Shown here one piece after another: positions 18,607 through 29,057 of a stretch of DNA of 64,000 nt. Made by a program: the position numbers and the translations under genes. A model generated the notes under the pieces. That model saw only the letters and a list, made by a program, of their open reading frames with translations, made no database searches and was not told the origin of the DNA. Each line of letters begins with the position of its first letter. The stretch's first letter is position 1. Source of the stretch: an uncultured Alphaproteobacteria bacterium (GTDB lineage: Bacteria > Pseudomonadota > Alphaproteobacteria > HIMB59 > GCA-002718135); assembly GCA_902521325.1 (NCBI GenBank), contig CABYRE010000001.1, positions 22,917 through 86,916 of the forward strand, in the 5' to 3' direction.

Positions 18607-19938
18607 ATGATTAAACATTCTACGTCGGTGGATCAATCGGACAGAAAGGTTCCCTACAATTTAAGACAAAGTGGTCCTACACCAGTCCAAATGCTTATTT
18701 CAACCAGAGTGAGAAAATCACCTTATTGGCATTTGTCAATGGAGGCGGGATGTTGGAGAGCAACAGTTTATAATAGAATTTATCATCCAAGAGGTTACGT
18801 AAAGCCTGAAGATGGTGGAGCAATGGTTGAGTATGAGGCAATTAAAAACCATGTTACTATGTGGAATGTTGCTGTCGAAAGACAAATTCAAGTTAAAGGT
18901 CCTGATGCTGAGGCATTTGTTGATTATGTCATAACTAGAGATGCTACTAAAATATCTCCAATGAGAGGAAGATACGTTATTCTTTGTAATCAATATGGTG
19001 GTGTTTTAAACGATCCTATTCTTCTAAGAATTTCTAAAGATGAGTTTTGGTTTTCATTATCTGACTCAGATATTGGTCTTTATTTACAGGGTGTAAATCA
19101 TGATAATAGATTTAATGTTCATATTGATGAAATTGATGTAAGCCCTGTTCAAATTCAAGGCCCTAAAGCACATGCTTTGATGAATGATTTAATAGGCGAT
19201 CAAGTTAAAGTTGATGAAATGCCATTCTATGGACTTGCTGCTGCGAAAGTAGGTGGAAGAGATTGTATAATTTCTCAAACAGGTTTTTCTGGCGAAGCAG
19301 GATTTGAAATATATTTATTTGACTCAACGAAATATGCTGATGATATGTGGAATGCTGTTTTAGAAGCAGGAAAAAAACATAATCTCATGGTTATAGCTCC
19401 GGCTCATCACCGTAGAATACAAGCGGGCATTCTATCTTGGGGTCAAGACATGGATAATCAGCATAATCCTTTTCAATGTAATTTAGGCTATCAAGTATCT
19501 CTATCTGGTAAAGGTGAGTGGAATAAAACTTCTGATTATGTTGGTAAGACTGTTCTTGAAAAGATGAAGGCAGATTTAAAAGATGGAAAAAAACCATATA
19601 AGCTTCAGTTAGTTGGATTAAGCTTAGGTGGAAAACCTATCGAAGAATATGCTCCTGATTTTTGGCTTGTTTCACAAGATGGCAACGAACCTTGTGGATT
19701 CATTACATCTCCTTGGTATCATCCTGAGCAAGGAAGAAACATTGCAATGGGCTATGTGCCATTTGATGGGACTCTAAATAAAAATGGTTTTCCTATTGGA
19801 AATTTTGGTAGTAAATTTAAAGTTCATCTACCCGATCAATATGCAGACTCACCTGGTGTGCCAGTAGATGCAGAAGTTGTGCCAATTCCTTTTACTGAAT
19901 CACACAACGCTAATACTAGAGAAGTAGTAGATAAATAA
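18607..19938 (+). CDS. GcvT/DmdA-family aminomethyltransferase (tetrahydrofolate-dependent demethylase; substrate not assignable)
   Basis: 443-aa ORF with GcvT-fold hallmarks (VTMWNVAVERQIQVKGPDAEAFVDYV.TRD, GGVLNDPILLR, SQTGFSGEAGFEIY). AAGGAG SD 7 nt upstream. It resembles my recollection of DMSP demethylase DmdA but is about 75 aa longer. Confidence 0.65.
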   Translation: MIKHSTSVDQSDRKVPYNLRQSGPTPVQMLISTRVRKSPYWHLSMEAGCWRATVYNRIYHPRGYVKPEDGGAMVEYEAIKNHVTMWNVAVERQIQVKGPDAEAFVDYVITRDATKISPMRGRYVILCNQYGGVLNDPILLRISKDEFWFSLSDSDIGLYLQGVNHDNRFNVHIDEIDVSPVQIQGPKAHALMNDLIGDQVKVDEMPFYGLAAAKVGGRDCIISQTGFSGEAGFEIYLFDSTKYADDMWNAVLEAGKKHNLMVIAPAHHRRIQAGILSWGQDMDNQHNPFQCNLGYQVSLSGKGEWNKTSDYVGKTVLEKMKADLKDGKKPYKLQLVGLSLGGKPIEEYAPDFWLVSQDGNEPCGFITSPWYHPEQGRNIAMGYVPFDGTLNKNGFPIGNFGSKFKVHLPDQYADSPGVPVDAEVVPIPFTESHNANTREVVDK

Positions 19939-19948
19939 AATATTTTAA

Positions 19949-19975
19949 GAAGCTCTATTTAATTAATAGAGCTTC
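19949..19975. terminator. 11-bp-stem hairpin between convergent genes (probable bidirectional terminator)
   Basis: gaagctctatt-taatt-aatagagcttc, read directly, lying between the stop of the aminomethyltransferase gene and the stop of the dsbA-like gene. The flanking T-runs are weak. Confidence 0.5.
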
Positions 19976-19976
19976 C

Positions 19977-20597
19977 TTATTTTAATAAAGCTTTTATTCT
20001 ATCAATGGAGATGTAACCAACAACAAGCTCTTCATTAACAAAAAATGTAGGAGTGCCACGCGCACCTGATCCATTAGCTAAAAAAGAACTCAGTTTTACA
20101 ATATTATTCACACTTTCTTTTGTCATATCGATATTTAATTTAGCATCATTTAACTCAAGATTTTCAATTATTTGTTTTAGTTTTGCGTTATTTAAATTTC
20201 CCTCAACTTCAAATAATGCATTATGAAAATCGATACCTTTGTTCTGCATGTTTGCAGCAATAACCATATTTGCTAGTAATTTAGAAGACTCACTTAAAAT
20301 TGGATGTTGTAGGAATACTATTCGTGTATCGTTTCTTTCATTTGCAATCTGAAGTAATTCAGGATGAACTTTTTTACAATATCCGCAAAAATAATCCATG
20401 AATTCAATAATAGTATTGTTCGCATTTTCATCACCAATTTGAACAATTCCTTCCTCAGGAATAACATCTAATATTTTTAAATGAAAAGGCTTAGACTCAT
20501 CAAAAAATAATTCTTTAAGAGTCATTTCAGCCTTAACAGGAAGACAAATAAACGCACTCATTATAACCACCAAAATTATTTTTTTGAAGTATCTCAT
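19977..20597 (-). CDS. DsbA-family thiol:disulfide oxidoreductase (periplasmic)
   Basis: 206 aa with a signal peptide, a CxxC active site (FCGYCKK) and a thioredoxin-fold C-terminus (GTPTFFVN). Confidence 0.75.
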   Translation of the reverse strand: MRYFKKIILVVIMSAFICLPVKAEMTLKELFFDESKPFHLKILDVIPEEGIVQIGDENANNTIIEFMDYFCGYCKKVHPELLQIANERNDTRIVFLQHPILSESSKLLANMVIAANMQNKGIDFHNALFEVEGNLNNAKLKQIIENLELNDAKLNIDMTKESVNNIVKLSSFLANGSGARGTPTFFVNEELVVGYISIDRIKALLK

Positions 20598-20651
20598 GAT
20601 TGACCCACCTTATTTATTATGATTAATGAAGTACAGTATTAAATAGTAATA

Positions 20652-23087
20652 ATGAAATCAAAGTCAAAAGTAGTTGTCATCGGTGGAGGTGCTGTAGGTG
20701 TTAGCACTCTCTATCATTTAGCAAAAAAGGGTTGGTCAGATGTAGTTCTGGTTGAAAGAAAGGAATTAACATCAGGATCAACATGGCATGCTGCAGGGTT
20801 ACTTCCATTATTCAATATGAGTTATTCAGTAGGTCAATTGCATAAATACGCAGTCAAACTTTACAAAACTCTAGAGGAAGAAACAGGACAAAAAGTTGGG
20901 TTTAGTGTGGTTTCAAATATTCGTTTAGCAACTACTCAAGATAGAATGGATGAGTATTATCAATATTCAGGAGTCGCTAAAACAATTGGTGTAGATGTTA
21001 AATTTTTAACTCCTGAACAAGTAAAAGAAATTTGGCCACTTTGTAATACAGATGGATTAATAGGTGCAATTCAACATCCTGAAGATGGATATATTCAACC
21101 AGCTGATCTAACTCAAGCTCTTGCAAAAGGAGCAAGAGATAAAGGTGCGGAAATTTATAGAAACACCTCTGTATTAGGAATTAAAAAAAATAAAGATGAT
21201 TTATGGGTTGTAGAAACCGATAAAGGATCTATTGAATGTGAGCATGTAGTGTCATGTAGTGGTAATTTTGCAAGACAAACAGGAAATATGGTTGGACTTG
21301 ATATTCCCGTTATACCTGTTGAACATCAATACATAGTGACTGATGATCATCCTGAGATATTAAAAAGAAAAGAACAAGGACTTCCTGAAATGGGAGTTTT
21401 ACGAGATTCTGATAGTTCTTGGTACATGCGAGAAGAAAGAGGTGGATTGATTTTAGGACCTTATGAAAAAGGAGCTCCCGTTTGCTATGTTGATGGACCT
21501 GATAAAGAATCTGAATTCGAATTATTTCAAGAAGATCTAGAGCGTTTAGAACCACATATTGAATCAGCAATGCACCGAGTTCCTATATTTGGAGAAGTTG
21601 GAGTTAAGAAAGTTTATAATGGTGCTATTTGTTATACACCAGATGGAAGTCCAATTGTTGGACCGGCATGGGGACTTAAAAATTTCTGGTTGAATGAAGG
21701 TCATAGTTTTGGAATTACTGCAGCCGGTGGAGCAGGATGGCAAATTGCTGAGTGGATAGTAGACGGTGAACCTACAATTGATATGTTAGGAGTAGATCCC
21801 AGAAGATTTGGTGATTATGCAACTGAAGCATATTTAATTAAAAAGAATGAAGAAGCTTACGCGAACGTCTTTACAGTACACTATCCTGACGAGGAAAGGG
21901 AAGAGGGACGTCCATTAAGACAAGCTCCTTGTTATGATAGATTAAAAAATCTTGGTGCAGTATTTGGTCAAAAGTTTGGTTGGGAGCGTGCTAACTGGTT
22001 TGCACCTTCAAAAGAATTACAAAAAGATGATTGGTCATTTAGAAGATCAAAATGGTTTGAACATGTTGGAAACGAATGCTTGAATGTTAAGGATAATGCT
22101 GGTCTTCTAGATATGACTGCCTTTGCTAAATGTCGGATTTCAGGACCTGGTGCAGAAGAGTTTCTAGACTACTTGGTTGCAAACAAAATACCTAAAAAAA
22201 TTGGAAGAGTAAATCTTTGTCATGCATTAAATACTGCTGGAGGAGTTCACTCAGAATTCACAATTGCGAAAGAAAAAGAAAATTCGTTTTATTTAGTTTC
22301 AGCAGGAGCATTTCAACGATTAGATCATGATTGGATTCATAAATGGATGCCTAAAGATGGATCAGTAATTTATGAAAATCTAACTAATAGTATGGGTGTT
22401 CTTGTTTTAGCAGGACCTAAATCAAGAGATATTCTTTCCAAAATTACTAAGACTGATTTATCTAATGAAAATTTCCCATGGTTATCGTCAAAAAAAATCA
22501 ATGTTAGTTTAGCCCCTAGTATTGCTATGCGAATGAATTTTGTTGGAGAACTCGGATGGGAATTACATCATCCAATTGAATATCAAAACCACATTTTTGA
22601 TAAATTGATGGAAGCAGGAAAAGATCATGGGCTTAAACCATTTGGTATAAGAGCGATGGAAAGCTTACGTGTTGAAAAAACCTATAAATTGGTTGGTACA
22701 GAAATGTCTATAGAATATGCAGCTTTTGAGTCTGGTTTAGATAGATTTGTACATTTAAACAAAGGGAATTTTATTGGAAGAGATTCTCTTGTTAAATGGC
22801 AGCAAAATGGTTTTAAAAACAAAATGGTAACTTTAGAGGTTCATGATGTTGAAGATGCGGATGTTTTGGGTAATAACCCAATCTATAGTAATGGAAAAAT
22901 TATAGGTCGTGCGACAGGAGGTAACTATGGTTTTAGAGTGAAAAAATCATTAGCTATTGGTATGGTGGATCCTAAATTTGCACACGTTGGTCAAAAATTA
23001 GAAATGGATATATTAGATAAAAAATACAATGTAACTGTTATAGAGGATAGTCCTTATGATCCTAAAAATGAAAAACTAAAACAATAG
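20652..23087 (+). CDS. dimethylglycine (or sarcosine) dehydrogenase: FAD oxidoreductase fused to a GcvT-like folate domain
   Basis: 811 aa with an N-terminal GxGxxG ([12 protein letters not shown]) DAO domain and STWHAAGL (covalent-FAD His context). The C-terminal aminomethyltransferase domain has [10 protein letters not shown]. etfBA and ETF-QO follow directly. Confidence 0.8.
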   Translation: MKSKSKVVVIGGGAVGVSTLYHLAKKGWSDVVLVERKELTSGSTWHAAGLLPLFNMSYSVGQLHKYAVKLYKTLEEETGQKVGFSVVSNIRLATTQDRMDEYYQYSGVAKTIGVDVKFLTPEQVKEIWPLCNTDGLIGAIQHPEDGYIQPADLTQALAKGARDKGAEIYRNTSVLGIKKNKDDLWVVETDKGSIECEHVVSCSGNFARQTGNMVGLDIPVIPVEHQYIVTDDHPEILKRKEQGLPEMGVLRDSDSSWYMREERGGLILGPYEKGAPVCYVDGPDKESEFELFQEDLERLEPHIESAMHRVPIFGEVGVKKVYNGAICYTPDGSPIVGPAWGLKNFWLNEGHSFGITAAGGAGWQIAEWIVDGEPTIDMLGVDPRRFGDYATEAYLIKKNEEAYANVFTVHYPDEEREEGRPLRQAPCYDRLKNLGAVFGQKFGWERANWFAPSKELQKDDWSFRRSKWFEHVGNECLNVKDNAGLLDMTAFAKCRISGPGAEEFLDYLVANKIPKKIGRVNLCHALNTAGGVHSEFTIAKEKENSFYLVSAGAFQRLDHDWIHKWMPKDGSVIYENLTNSMGVLVLAGPKSRDILSKITKTDLSNENFPWLSSKKINVSLAPSIAMRMNFVGELGWELHHPIEYQNHIFDKLMEAGKDHGLKPFGIRAMESLRVEKTYKLVGTEMSIEYAAFESGLDRFVHLNKGNFIGRDSLVKWQQNGFKNKMVTLEVHDVEDADVLGNNPIYSNGKIIGRATGGNYGFRVKKSLAIGMVDPKFAHVGQKLEMDILDKKYNVTVIEDSPYDPKNEKLKQ

Positions 23088-23088
23088 T

Positions 23089-23838
23089 ATGAAGTTACTT
23101 GTCACTGTAAAAAGAGTCATAGATTATAATGTTCAAATCAGGGTTAAAGCTGATGGTTCAGGAGTTGAAAAAGATAATGTAAAAATGTCCATGAATCCGC
23201 CTGATGAAAATGCGGTAGAGGAAGCTCTACGAATAAAAGAAGCTGGTAAAGCAGACGAAATTATAATTCTTACTATAGGTAATGATAAGGCTCAAGAAAC
23301 TATACGAACTGCATTAGCAATGGGAGCTGATAGGGGTATACATATTAAAACAGAAAATGATCTAGAGCCTCTAGCTATTTCAAAAATAATTTCTAAAGTT
23401 GCTGAAGAAGAAAAACCATCAATTATTTTAATGGGAAAACAAGCTATTGATGATGACTGTAATCAAACTGGTCAAATGACATCTGCTTTACTTAATTGGC
23501 CTCAGGCTACATTCGCATCTAAAATTGAAATCGAGGGGCAAAATGCAATCGTTACTAGAGAAATAGATGAAGGTTTAGAAAGAATAAAGGTGTCTATACC
23601 ATTTGTAGCATCATGTGATCTTCGACTTAATGAACCTAGATATGCCTCTTTACCAAATATAATGAAAGCAAAGAAAAAACCAATTGATACAAAAGATGCA
23701 TCTTCACTTGGTATAAATATAGAACCTAGGATTGAACAAATAAAAGTAGAAGAACCACCTGTCAGACAAAAAGGAATTATGGTAAATGATGTCGCTGAAC
23801 TGGTTCAAAAACTTAAACATGAAGCAAAAGTTATATGA
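23089..23838 (+). CDS. etfB: electron transfer flavoprotein beta subunit
   Basis: 249 aa: [19 protein letters not shown]..., [29 protein letters not shown]. Confidence 0.9.
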   Translation: MKLLVTVKRVIDYNVQIRVKADGSGVEKDNVKMSMNPPDENAVEEALRIKEAGKADEIIILTIGNDKAQETIRTALAMGADRGIHIKTENDLEPLAISKIISKVAEEEKPSIILMGKQAIDDDCNQTGQMTSALLNWPQATFASKIEIEGQNAIVTREIDEGLERIKVSIPFVASCDLRLNEPRYASLPNIMKAKKKPIDTKDASSLGINIEPRIEQIKVEEPPVRQKGIMVNDVAELVQKLKHEAKVI

Positions 23839-24788
23839 CAATATTAGTATTAGCAGAACATAATAATATAGATATCAAATCATCAACATTAAATACTATA
23901 TCTGCAGCATCACAAATAGACCAAGATATCCATGTTTTGGTAACGGGTCATGAATGTGAGGAACTAGCTAAAAATATCTCTAAATGTGAAAAAGTTTCAA
24001 AAGTATATTTTGCCAATAATGAAAAACTTAAAAACCCAATTGCTGAAAATATTGAGCCCATTGTAGTATCTTTAGCCAATAATTATTCTCACATTATGGC
24101 ACCTGCGACAACATTTGGAAAAAATATTTTTCCCAGAATTGCAGTTAAACTAGATATTGCACAAGTTAGTGATGTTATAAAAATAATAAGTTCCGATACT
24201 TTTATGAGGCCAATTTACGCTGGTAACGCTATTGCAACAGTTAAATCAAATGACAAGATTAAAGTAGTAACAGTAAGACCAACATCGTTTGATCCTGTAG
24301 AAACTAGTGGTGGAAAAGAACAGGTCGAAAATATTTCTTTTGATAATGATAGTGGCAGTGTTGAATTTATAGATAGAGAAGAATCTCAATCTGAAAGACC
24401 AGAATTAAGTACTGCTCGAGTTGTGATATCCGGTGGCAGAGGATTACAAAGCGCCGAAAATTTTAAACTTTTAAATGAAATAGCAGATAAGCTTAATGCG
24501 GCAGTTGGCGCTTCTCGTGCTGCTGTAGATGCTGGTTATGTTTCTAATGATTATCAAGTTGGTCAAACTGGCAAAGTAGTTGTCCCAGATTTGTATATTG
24601 CTGTCGGAATTTCTGGTGCAATACAGCACTTAGCAGGTATGAAAGAAAGTAAGGTAATTGTTGCAATCAATAAAGATGAAGAAGCGCCAATATTTAATGT
24701 TGCTGATTATGGATTAAACGCTGATTTATTTGAGGCATTGCCTCAATTATCTTCTGAACTAGATAAATTAAATACTATTCAACAATAA
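23835..24788 (+). CDS. etfA: electron transfer flavoprotein alpha subunit
   Basis: 317 aa: [51 protein letters not shown]. 4-nt overlap with etfB. Confidence 0.9.
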   Translation: MTILVLAEHNNIDIKSSTLNTISAASQIDQDIHVLVTGHECEELAKNISKCEKVSKVYFANNEKLKNPIAENIEPIVVSLANNYSHIMAPATTFGKNIFPRIAVKLDIAQVSDVIKIISSDTFMRPIYAGNAIATVKSNDKIKVVTVRPTSFDPVETSGGKEQVENISFDNDSGSVEFIDREESQSERPELSTARVVISGGRGLQSAENFKLLNEIADKLNAAVGASRAAVDAGYVSNDYQVGQTGKVVVPDLYIAVGISGAIQHLAGMKESKVIVAINKDEEAPIFNVADYGLNADLFEALPQLSSELDKLNTIQQ

Positions 24789-24811
24789 ATTAATTTATTA
24801 CAATAAATAAA

Positions 24812-26440
24812 ATGGAAGTAGAACGCGAGTCAATGGACTATGATGTTGTGGTTGTAGGTGCTGGTCCATCAGGCCTTTCAACTGCAATTAAACTAAAACA
24901 GCTAAACCCAGAAATTAATGTTTGTGTTTTGGAAAAAGGATCAGAAGTCGGGGCCCATATTTTAAGTGGCAATGTCTTTGAAACAAGAGCACTTGACGAA
25001 TTAATACCTGATTGGAGAAGTAAAGATTCGCCAATTAAAACTAAAGTAACAAAAGAAAAGTTTTTATTCTTATCAAAAAAAGGCTCTTTAAATTGGCCTA
25101 CATGGCTTCTTCCAAGTGTTCAAAAAAATCATAAGAATTATATTATTAGTCTTGCAAATTTATGTAGATGGCTAGCAAGTGAGGCTGAAAGTTTAGGAGT
25201 AGAAATTTTTCCAGGATTTGCAGCATCTAAAATATTATATTCAGATGATGATCATGTAATTGGTGTTCAAACAGGTGACATGGGTATTGATAAAGATTGT
25301 AACAAAAAAGATAGTTTTGAACCAGGTATTAATATTAATGCTAAAGTAACAGTATTTGCTGAAGGTTGCAGAGGTCACTTAGGTAAAGAATTAATTAAAA
25401 AATATAATTTATCAAAAGATAAGTCACCACAACAATACGGAATTGGGTTTAAAGAAATTTGGGAAGTAGATGAAAGTCAGCATGAAGAAGGTCTTGTCAT
25501 GCATACTGCCGGATGGCCATTAGATAATGCAACTTATGGTGGCAGTTTTTGTTATCATGCTGAAAATAAACAAATATTTTTAGGATATGTAATCGGTCTT
25601 GATTATAAAAATCCTTATTTATCACCTTATGATGAATTTCAAAAATTTAAAACCCACCCAGCAATTAAGAAAATTCTAACTAATGGAAAACGTATCGCGT
25701 ATGGAGCAAGGGCACTTATTGAAGGTGGCATTCAAAGTTTACCTAAAATGTATATGCCGGGCGGATTACTGGTTGGATGCGATGCAGGCACCTTAAATAT
25801 GCCTAAGATCAAAGGTTCTCATACTGCAATGAAAAGTGGAATTATAGCTGCTGAAACAATTAATGATTATTTAAGTAAATCTGTATCTCTTGCAGCATAC
25901 GAAGATAAATTTAAACGTTCATGGCTTTATAAAGAATTGTTTACAGCAAGAAATGTAAAACCTAGTTTTAATTGGGGGCTAATACCTGCAATAATATTTA
26001 CAGGTATTGATCAAATAATATTTAGAGGCAAGCTTCCTTTTACACTAAAACACAAACATGCTGATCATGAAGCTTTACAATTAGCAAAAGATTCAAAAAA
26101 AATAGATTATCCAAAATATGATGGAATATTTACTTTTGATAAAACCAGTTCTGTTTATTTGACTGGAACTAACCATGAAGCTGATCAGCCAGTTCATTTA
26201 CAATTAAAGGATAAGGAATTACCAATAAAATTTACTTTAAATGCTTATGATGAGCCATCTCAAAGATATTGTCCTGCTGGTGTATATGAGATTGATAAGA
26301 CAGATAGTCAAAATCCTAAATTTGTAATTAATTCGCAAAACTGTATTCATTGTAAAACATGCGATATTAAAGAACCATCACAAAACATAAATTGGGTTGT
26401 ACCTGAAGGTGGTGGGGGGCCAAATTATGCAAATATGTAA
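24812..26440 (+). CDS. electron-transferring-flavoprotein:ubiquinone oxidoreductase (ETF-QO)
   Basis: 542 aa with N-terminal DVVVVGAGPSGL and a C-terminal 4Fe-4S motif (YCPAGVYE...CIHCKTCDIKEP...I.W..PEGGGGP.Y..M). Confidence 0.9.
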   Translation: MEVERESMDYDVVVVGAGPSGLSTAIKLKQLNPEINVCVLEKGSEVGAHILSGNVFETRALDELIPDWRSKDSPIKTKVTKEKFLFLSKKGSLNWPTWLLPSVQKNHKNYIISLANLCRWLASEAESLGVEIFPGFAASKILYSDDDHVIGVQTGDMGIDKDCNKKDSFEPGININAKVTVFAEGCRGHLGKELIKKYNLSKDKSPQQYGIGFKEIWEVDESQHEEGLVMHTAGWPLDNATYGGSFCYHAENKQIFLGYVIGLDYKNPYLSPYDEFQKFKTHPAIKKILTNGKRIAYGARALIEGGIQSLPKMYMPGGLLVGCDAGTLNMPKIKGSHTAMKSGIIAAETINDYLSKSVSLAAYEDKFKRSWLYKELFTARNVKPSFNWGLIPAIIFTGIDQIIFRGKLPFTLKHKHADHEALQLAKDSKKIDYPKYDGIFTFDKTSSVYLTGTNHEADQPVHLQLKDKELPIKFTLNAYDEPSQRYCPAGVYEIDKTDSQNPKFVINSQNCIHCKTCDIKEPSQNINWVVPEGGGGPNYANM

Positions 26441-26486
26441 TATATTTGAAAAATACTTATTTTATTTAAATTGATTTATTTTCATT

Positions 26487-27317
26487 ATGAATAAAAATAA
26501 AATTGTATTTACTTTTGCAACAACGGAAGTAAATTTTATAGGCCAAATATTTATTAAGATTACTGAATTATTAACAGGAAAATTAAAATTAAAAAAATTA
26601 TATGATGAATATTTATCTGAAAATAGACCTCCTGAGTTTTTTTGGGATGATGCAGTAGATAAATTAAATTTTAATTTAATAACTAATTTTCAGGATGGCA
26701 GTTACATTCCAAAAAAAGGAAAATTAATTGTTATAGCAAATCATGCTTTTGGAGTTGCTGATGGTGTATCCATATGTTCAGCAATTTCAAAAGTAAGACA
26801 AGATTATAAAATGGTTACACATAAAGTCTTAAGGCAAGCGGACGCAGTAAAAGATAAAATATTACCAATTGATTTTAATGAAAATAAAGAAGCTCTGTTA
26901 ACTAACATTAATACACGTAAAGAAGCTGAAAAAGTTTTGCATAATGAAGGTGTTCTAGTTCTTTTCCCTTCTGGAACGATAGCAACAAAACAAAACTTAA
27001 AAAAAAATACAAAAGCTGATGATGGTGAGTGGAAACAATGGGTATCGAAACTAGTTCTTAAAACTAAAAGCCCTGTGTTACCAATTTTTTTTGACGGTCA
27101 AAATAGCCAACTTTACCACATTGCTAATAAAATAGGACAAACATTTAGATATTCTTTGTGTATGTATGAACTGAAAAGAAAAATAGGTGATGATATCTAT
27201 ATGTACTTTGGTTCACTTATACCTTACGAAAACCTTGTAAAAATTGGAGATATCAAAAAAATTACTCAATACTTAAGATCAACGACATATTCTTTAGACC
27301 CACAATTTAATAATTAA
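26487..27317 (+). CDS. lysophospholipid acyltransferase family protein (putative-hemolysin-type LPLAT)
   Basis: 276 aa. The ANHAFGVADG motif and a later FPSGT motif are as in PlsC-like acyltransferases of the 'putative hemolysin' subgroup (recollection). Confidence 0.5.
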   Translation: MNKNKIVFTFATTEVNFIGQIFIKITELLTGKLKLKKLYDEYLSENRPPEFFWDDAVDKLNFNLITNFQDGSYIPKKGKLIVIANHAFGVADGVSICSAISKVRQDYKMVTHKVLRQADAVKDKILPIDFNENKEALLTNINTRKEAEKVLHNEGVLVLFPSGTIATKQNLKKNTKADDGEWKQWVSKLVLKTKSPVLPIFFDGQNSQLYHIANKIGQTFRYSLCMYELKRKIGDDIYMYFGSLIPYENLVKIGDIKKITQYLRSTTYSLDPQFNN

Positions 27318-27355
27318 ATATTTATTTTTTACACTTACCGTTTTATAGAGTTCGT

Positions 27356-28027
27356 ATGGTAGGTTTTGTTGGTTTACAAGCAAGAAGAAGAAGAAGAAAC
27401 AGAATCTTACTAGTCATTTCAATTATATTTATCTTTGGTATTTTTTTTTATTTGCCTTCTTTAGATTTTTCAACTGATCAAACTGAGCCACCTATTGAAA
27501 TCATTCCTAGTAGTGTCGTTGATGAATCAAGTTTACGATCTGAAATAGAAAAACTTAAACTTGAAATATTTCAAAAAAATCAGCGATTAAAATTTAGAGA
27601 TGATCAAATAAAAAACTTACGTGAAGAAATAAGCGATTTAAATAAATCATTCGATACAATTAAGAATGATTATGCACAATCTCTAAACAATATATCAGAT
27701 CTAGAAAATAACACATTAGAAAATAATTCGGAAAGAATTGAGAAACTTAGCAAACTTGAAAATAAAATAACTGAATTAAATAAACAATTGTCAAAATACG
27801 AAGATCTTGTTCAAAAATTAGAAATAGAATTAGAAAGTTCTGCATCAACTGAAGATATGGAAGAAGTAAATATTGAAAATTCAATACTAAAATCAGAACT
27901 TAGACAAATCGAACAAAAAAATCGTAGTTTTGAAAATGAATTAAATGAGCTAAAAAAAATAATTAAAAATAAAGATAAAGAAATAGAAGATTTAATTTAT
28001 TTAAAAGATTCCCGACATCATGGTTGA
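27356..28027 (+). CDS. membrane-anchored coiled-coil protein (hypothetical)
   Basis: 223 aa with an Arg-rich N-terminus (QARRRRRNR) followed by one TM segment. About 160 aa of heptad-like E/K/L/N-rich sequence follows. No family recognised. Confidence 0.5.
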   Translation: MVGFVGLQARRRRRNRILLVISIIFIFGIFFYLPSLDFSTDQTEPPIEIIPSSVVDESSLRSEIEKLKLEIFQKNQRLKFRDDQIKNLREEISDLNKSFDTIKNDYAQSLNNISDLENNTLENNSERIEKLSKLENKITELNKQLSKYEDLVQKLEIELESSASTEDMEEVNIENSILKSELRQIEQKNRSFENELNELKKIIKNKDKEIEDLIYLKDSRHHG

Positions 28028-28510
28028 TTATTTATTTTTCTTTCTGAATAAATAGGGCTCTTCAAAATCCCCAATCCATATACCTTTTTTTTCTTGTTTT
28101 GCTTCTTCTTCTTCTTTAACATAATCTTTTGAATAATAGCGATAAGCTATCGCCCATCCATTCAGTACCATTTCACTATTTAAATCTAAATTATCTTTGT
28201 AGCAGATTCCAATAAATCTATTATATCGATCCTTACCTTGTGTTATGCATTCAATTTTATTATTCGCAATTAATTCTTTTAAGAACTTTGTTGATTCCAA
28301 ACCACAATTCCAGACTTTGCTATTTTTATTACATGTTTGATTTGTTTCAGGCGCATCAATAGCATGGAGTCTTATTTTATTTTTGTTAATATGTATAGTA
28401 TCACCATCAATTACTTTTGCTCTTCCAAATATAGTTTTACCAGATGATACTGTGCTTAAAGAAATTAAGATAAAAAATAAATTAAATATTAAGATTTTTA
28501 CTACCATCAA
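28028..28510 (-). CDS. secreted thermonuclease (staphylococcal nuclease/SNase-like) family protein
   Basis: 160 aa with a signal peptide and an SNase core (VIDGDTIHI...IRLHAIDAPE...G.DRY.R....C....DLN.EMV..GWA..Y). It overlaps the soxG 3' end by 29 nt. Confidence 0.8.
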   Translation of the reverse strand: MMVVKILIFNLFFILISLSTVSSGKTIFGRAKVIDGDTIHINKNKIRLHAIDAPETNQTCNKNSKVWNCGLESTKFLKELIANNKIECITQGKDRYNRFIGICYKDNLDLNSEMVLNGWAIAYRYYSKDYVKEEEEAKQEKKGIWIGDFEEPYLFRKKNK

Positions 28511-29057
28511 CTAATAAATCATAAACATATTTTGTATGTGATCTGTTTAAATGTAAATCTAGTGAAGTCTCTTCTTTATCAGTATTATTTCTGATAAAAA
28601 GTACTGGAATTTTTATAAATATAGTTTGAGCTACAGAAAAATTAGTTTCCAAAATTTTTTCTAAGTTGGCTACAAGAAATTTAGAAAGTAAAATAAATAC
28701 CTTTTCTCCTTCAAGCCGTAAAACAGTTTTATTAAATGAAACATCACTTATTGCTGTTTTTTCTGGATTGAGCTTAGATTCTAATAGAGAAATAATTTCA
28801 TCTTTCTTATTTTCTGGTGTTTCGACTAACCATTCATTAGGACCAAGCCACATAATACTAATATTATTATTAAAAATTCTTACATTTGGCTCAATTGGTA
28901 AAACCAGGTTTAATACTGAGCCTATATTTTTCATAAATTCTTTATCTGAACTTTTACCTCGAATATTTATTTTACCTGATAAAGCTCTTTCTTCAATTGT
29001 TACTCCATTGTAATTTTTTTTATTTATATTCAAAACATTACTGTAAGTTAAACTCAT
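28482..29057 (-). CDS. soxG: sarcosine oxidase gamma subunit
   Basis: 191-aa ORF immediately after soxA (4-nt overlap) in the canonical soxBDAG order. Size and position fit; the sequence itself is weakly diagnostic. Confidence 0.7.
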   Translation of the reverse strand: MSLTYSNVLNINKKNYNGVTIEERALSGKINIRGKSSDKEFMKNIGSVLNLVLPIEPNVRIFNNNISIMWLGPNEWLVETPENKKDEIISLLESKLNPEKTAISDVSFNKTVLRLEGEKVFILLSKFLVANLEKILETNFSVAQTIFIKIPVLFIRNNTDKEETSLDLHLNRSHTKYVYDLLVDGSKNLNI

